Source: a virus
DNA: 63,188 nucleotides
IMG/VR virus record: IMGVR_UViG_3300045988_166537
Direction: 5' to 3' (one strand)
A model generated the notes under the pieces. It saw only the letters and a list, made by a program, of their open reading frames with translations, ran no database searches and was not told where the DNA came from. Below, piece by piece: positions 59,979-63,188 of this stretch (positions are counted from its first letter, which is position 1; each line of letters starts with the position of its first letter). The translations under genes and the position numbers were made by a program.

Positions 59979-61218
59979 TTTGATTTTCTCCTTCCTGTGT
60001 TGTTTTATTTGTATAATCCTGTGGGGTACTCTCGTTTGGCTGTGCGATATTGCTATTGATAAGCTGATCAGCCTTTGGATCTGGAGAAGGCATCATGCCG
60101 ATGATCTGACGTATCTCATTTGACGTCATTATTTCGTTTCTTGTGAACTTGTCCGCTATTTCTGCAATATTGCTGACTGGGACTAACTTGAATGGGTCTT
60201 TGAAATACGTGATCGACTGCCCCTGTGTTATGGCAGTCTTTGTTAAGAACTTTCGTTTGAACTCATCTGCGATTGCTGATGCGATTGGTTCTATAGTTCT
60301 GCTGTTGTAGTTCAGCATGGTCTTCTCGTCTGCTGTACCATCGAGAATACTCTGAGTAATACCTAGCTGTGCATAAAGCTGTTCCTGAAGAGTCTCTATC
60401 TGCTTCAAAAGATTGTTTTCAAGAGATCTATTAAGCTGCGTTATCTTTTCGGTGCCGTCTGCATAGGCAATTCCATACTTAGATCCAGACAGCTGATCTT
60501 CGATTTCCTGACGTCTCTGATTCGCTTCTTTCCTCTTCTGTTCGGTTTTTATGATGTATGGTAACTGGATTATAAGATCGAGTTTTCCAGATGCCGTCTG
60601 TTCATCAGTTATGTCCAAAAGGCTTAACTTACGAGCAAGACGCTGATAGACTGAGTTATACTCGTTGATTACCGCGTACATCGGATTTTCTATAATCGCA
60701 ACGTTACGCTTAGGAAGGATAATATCCTCTTTTCTACCGGTTCGTTCATTATAGAGTCGAATCTTAACTTTATATGGAAACCATTCTGTGATCTTACCGA
60801 CTCGCATTGATGTGATATCATATGAATCGGTATCAGTCGGATCATAGAGTGTGTCCACAGGAACGACCGCTGCAACCCCTTCATCAAACATCGTGAGAAC
60901 CGTATCTCTTATAAAAGAACGACTTGTCTGATCGATATTTGCCTCAAGGGTAAGGCATGTATTTAGCCCAGTATTCTTTTCAGATTCGAACCGGCCATTA
61001 TCATCCAACTGACAATGTTTGAACCCTATCTGTTCAACATCTATTGCAATCCGGTTGAATATCGAGGTTATTATTGATCGTTCATTCCCTCGAGTTAATC
61101 GCACACGATCAGGTCGTGACGAATAACTGGCCCCCGCCGAATATCCAGATGTTGGGTCTTTATTCATAAATGCATTCCAGCCATTTTTTACCCTTTCGGG
61201 TAATCTGTATGTTGCCAT
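59971..61218 (-). CDS. Portal protein (415 aa)
   Basis: It lies between TerL and the protease-capsid gene and the size fits. The call rests on synteny. Confidence 0.6.
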   Translation of the reverse strand: MATYRLPERVKNGWNAFMNKDPTSGYSAGASYSSRPDRVRLTRGNERSIITSIFNRIAIDVEQIGFKHCQLDDNGRFESEKNTGLNTCLTLEANIDQTSRSFIRDTVLTMFDEGVAAVVPVDTLYDPTDTDSYDITSMRVGKITEWFPYKVKIRLYNERTGRKEDIILPKRNVAIIENPMYAVINEYNSVYQRLARKLSLLDITDEQTASGKLDLIIQLPYIIKTEQKRKEANQRRQEIEDQLSGSKYGIAYADGTEKITQLNRSLENNLLKQIETLQEQLYAQLGITQSILDGTADEKTMLNYNSRTIEPIASAIADEFKRKFLTKTAITQGQSITYFKDPFKLVPVSNIAEIADKFTRNEIMTSNEIRQIIGMMPSPDPKADQLINSNIAQPNESTPQDYTNKTTQEGENQNG

Positions 61219-61229
61219 TCATGTCCTCC

Positions 61230-62999
61230 TTAATCAAAAGCTTCACGATTAAGCTTATATGCAACATAGGCATCCATCATGGCCGCAACTGCATCTATCT
61301 TCTGCTCATATCGTTTCTTCAATAATTTTCTATTACCATTTGTATCCTCGAGGGTTATGCAATTACCCATGGCAAATGTCATAAGTTCCTCATCAAACAA
61401 AAGAAGTCTGTCCTCAGCCAATTTCTTCAACTCGCCAAGAGGTACAGACTCAGTCTTTGCTCCCTGTATTACTTTTTCTATTCCGAACGGACCATTTTCA
61501 CGTTCCCATCTTTCTACAAAATCCCTTGCATTATATGGGTCAAAACCGAACGCTCTTACATCGTAGGAACACTGACAAATGTAACCGTCCAAGTCATCGT
61601 ATACTTGCATCATGTCTAGTACCGTGCCTGGCATTACCATTAGACTGCCTTCCTTTATAAAAGTTTCATATTTCTGACGCATAGCCGCAGGGAGTTTGAA
61701 TAATGTCTTTTCAGTTATATAGTTCCTGGTTTTTATACCAAAAGCCCCTGTTGATAATGGGAATAAAAATGTGAAAGCACAGAAATCATCACCTTGTGAT
61801 AGATCTGCACCCATAGAACAAGGCATCTCCCAGAAATCTCTTTTACGATGTGGAAGTGTCTCATCATAGGTAAAGTAATATGTGTATCCTTCCATAGGGA
61901 TACCGAAACGTTTTGCCAAAATATCATTACGTGTTGCTGGGGCTTTTTCAGCTCTCTCAACATCATCCTGGTATGTATCATATGTAACTGTCTTACCAAG
62001 ATTAGGATTAGCTTTGAGCCACATCTCTGGCTTTGCTACTTCTTCGATGGAGTCGAGTTTATACCACCAGATTGATGTATGTGGTGCACTATACTCGCCC
62101 TTGAGAATCGACATCAATTCCATTTTGATTGTGTCACCGCTGCCGTTACGGACTGTTCCCTCTGAACTAATTGCCACTATGAGATAATCGTTATTGCTCG
62201 TGCTTGCGTCACCCTGTTCTTTAGCAGCTCCCTGTTCAATAGAACCAATAACGTCTTCACGTACATCACCAGACAACCACTCATCTATAGTTGCCACTTT
62301 GATTCTCATTCCCTGAAGAGCATCGATACTCATTGGCCTAATCTCAAGAATCGATCCGGTCAAGAAATTCTGAATACCTTTCTTGGTGCTTGCCAGCTTA
62401 ACTCTACGAGCTTTTGAACCGGTTGTATTCTGTAATGATCCTTCTGTAAGGAATTTATACAATGGTCCTCTAGCCCTAGCTATTGCAGTTCTGAAAGGTG
62501 ACATGACCTCTTCAGCCTGAGCCATTCTTGGCGCAACCGTGACCTGATGTGTCGTTGATTTATCGACATTGAGAAAATAATTCTGGATGCATGATGCATA
62601 CATAGATTTAGCTGCACCTCTGGCAACTATGAGATACTGCTTTCGGACAAGTCGTTTCTTTATGCGTTTCTTTACATACCTGCCGCCATGATTATCTTTA
62701 CCTGGAACATATATACTACGCTCGACAAAGTAGTACCAACCAAATATCTGCTCTGCCCAAAGCTTAAAAGTGAACAGCAAGTGTAGATCCTCACCATTGG
62801 TGAGTGTCAATTCGTTCTCGCAGTAATGTACGAAACCGTTTATGGCCTGGTCGTCATAATAAACTCCAGGATTAGCTATGAGTGCGTCGATTCGGTTCAT
62901 TTCCATCTCTATCTCTTTGCAGACAGGAATTTTACCGGCTATGACATCATCTCGGAACTGACCATAATAAATAGGCGTCGCGGTGTTCGATAAACTCAT
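61230..62999 (-). CDS. terL: Terminase large subunit (589 aa)
   Basis: The Walker A-like motif reads 'IVARGAAKSMY'. Size and position fit, and the C-terminal region is nuclease-like. Confidence 0.8.
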   Translation of the reverse strand: MSLSNTATPIYYGQFRDDVIAGKIPVCKEIEMEMNRIDALIANPGVYYDDQAINGFVHYCENELTLTNGEDLHLLFTFKLWAEQIFGWYYFVERSIYVPGKDNHGGRYVKKRIKKRLVRKQYLIVARGAAKSMYASCIQNYFLNVDKSTTHQVTVAPRMAQAEEVMSPFRTAIARARGPLYKFLTEGSLQNTTGSKARRVKLASTKKGIQNFLTGSILEIRPMSIDALQGMRIKVATIDEWLSGDVREDVIGSIEQGAAKEQGDASTSNNDYLIVAISSEGTVRNGSGDTIKMELMSILKGEYSAPHTSIWWYKLDSIEEVAKPEMWLKANPNLGKTVTYDTYQDDVERAEKAPATRNDILAKRFGIPMEGYTYYFTYDETLPHRKRDFWEMPCSMGADLSQGDDFCAFTFLFPLSTGAFGIKTRNYITEKTLFKLPAAMRQKYETFIKEGSLMVMPGTVLDMMQVYDDLDGYICQCSYDVRAFGFDPYNARDFVERWERENGPFGIEKVIQGAKTESVPLGELKKLAEDRLLLFDEELMTFAMGNCITLEDTNGNRKLLKKRYEQKIDAVAAMMDAYVAYKLNREAFD

Positions 63000-63011
63000 G
63001 ACATCACCTAC

Positions 63012-63188
63012 TTATATAGTAGCGAACTTGACTTTTCCAGCTTTATCTATTATATGAGTAGTTAGCTTACCTATCTTGTCTGCATTCTGAGCAATGGTAA
63101 GGACTGCTCCTGTTACTGTTGTCGCTGTTGCTAAAGTTTTCATAAATTTATCCACTTGCCTTTTACCTTCGTTTGAATACTTTGCGTA
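63012..63188 (-). CDS. 3' part of the junction-spanning 131-aa gene (see 1..274)
   Basis: TAA at 63012-63014. Positions 63134-63188 duplicate 1-55 and the frame is continuous. Confidence 0.7.
   Translation of the reverse strand, partial: YAKYSNEGKRQVDKFMKTLATATTVTGAVLTIAQNADKIGKLTTHIIDKAGKVKFATI
63134..63188. repeat. 55-nt terminal overlap, identical to 1..55
   Basis: Exact match with the window start. Confidence 0.95.

Larger units (their letters stand above)
1..63188. mobile_element. Complete circularly closed genome of a temperate siphovirus-like phage (unique length 63,133 bp)
   Basis: Packaging, head, tail, lysis, integration and replication modules are all present. The first 55 nt equal the last 55 nt and an ORF reads in frame across the junction. 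Confidence 0.85.

Noticed and set aside
63134-63188. True direct terminal repeat of the virion DNA
   Set aside because: The 55 nt lie inside an ORF that reads across the junction, and the length equals a common assembler k-mer. Circular closure is the simpler explanation. It cannot be fully excluded without reads.

Overview
The window is one complete, circularly closed genome of a temperate, siphovirus-like tailed phage. The first 55 nt are identical to the last 55 nt, giving a unique length of 63,133 bp. The host is probably a low-GC Gram-positive bacterium, judging from strong GGAGG Shine-Dalgarno sites, a GH25 endolysin with CW_7 repeats, and lipobox lipoproteins. Almost all genes are on the minus strand; only the integrase and one membrane-protein gene are on the plus strand. 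Reading the minus strand, the structural and lysis block runs from 63 kb down to 39 kb: TerL, portal, protease-capsid fusion, head-tail genes, tail tube, chaperones, a 2179-aa tape measure, Dit/Tal, three fibre proteins, holins and endolysin. attP and the integrase lie at 37.7-39.2 kb. The accessory and replication half spans 5.8-37.6 kb. A small operon at 1.7-5.9 kb precedes the packaging genes. The findings I rank highest are these. (1) A 1000-aa ORF carries both the beta-type and the beta-prime-type (ADFDGD) double-psi beta-barrel signatures, i.e. a YonO-like single-subunit RNA polymerase. (2) There are 14 copies of a rigid promoter-like element, TTCGCG-N14-TATAAT. Most of them drive single small ORFs that end in intrinsic terminators, while replication genes sit behind terminators with no promoter of their own. 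(3) A divergent ThyX-like gene is split by a group I intron; its P1/P10 guide pairing, R/S core elements and a looped-out ORF are readable directly from the sequence. (4) A 285-bp non-coding array of AAGTGGGCA iterons with an AT-rich core is a candidate origin. (5) One polypeptide fuses an SF3 helicase, an AEP primase and a family-B DNA polymerase. Product names are inferred from motifs I could read by eye and from gene order; no database search was possible.
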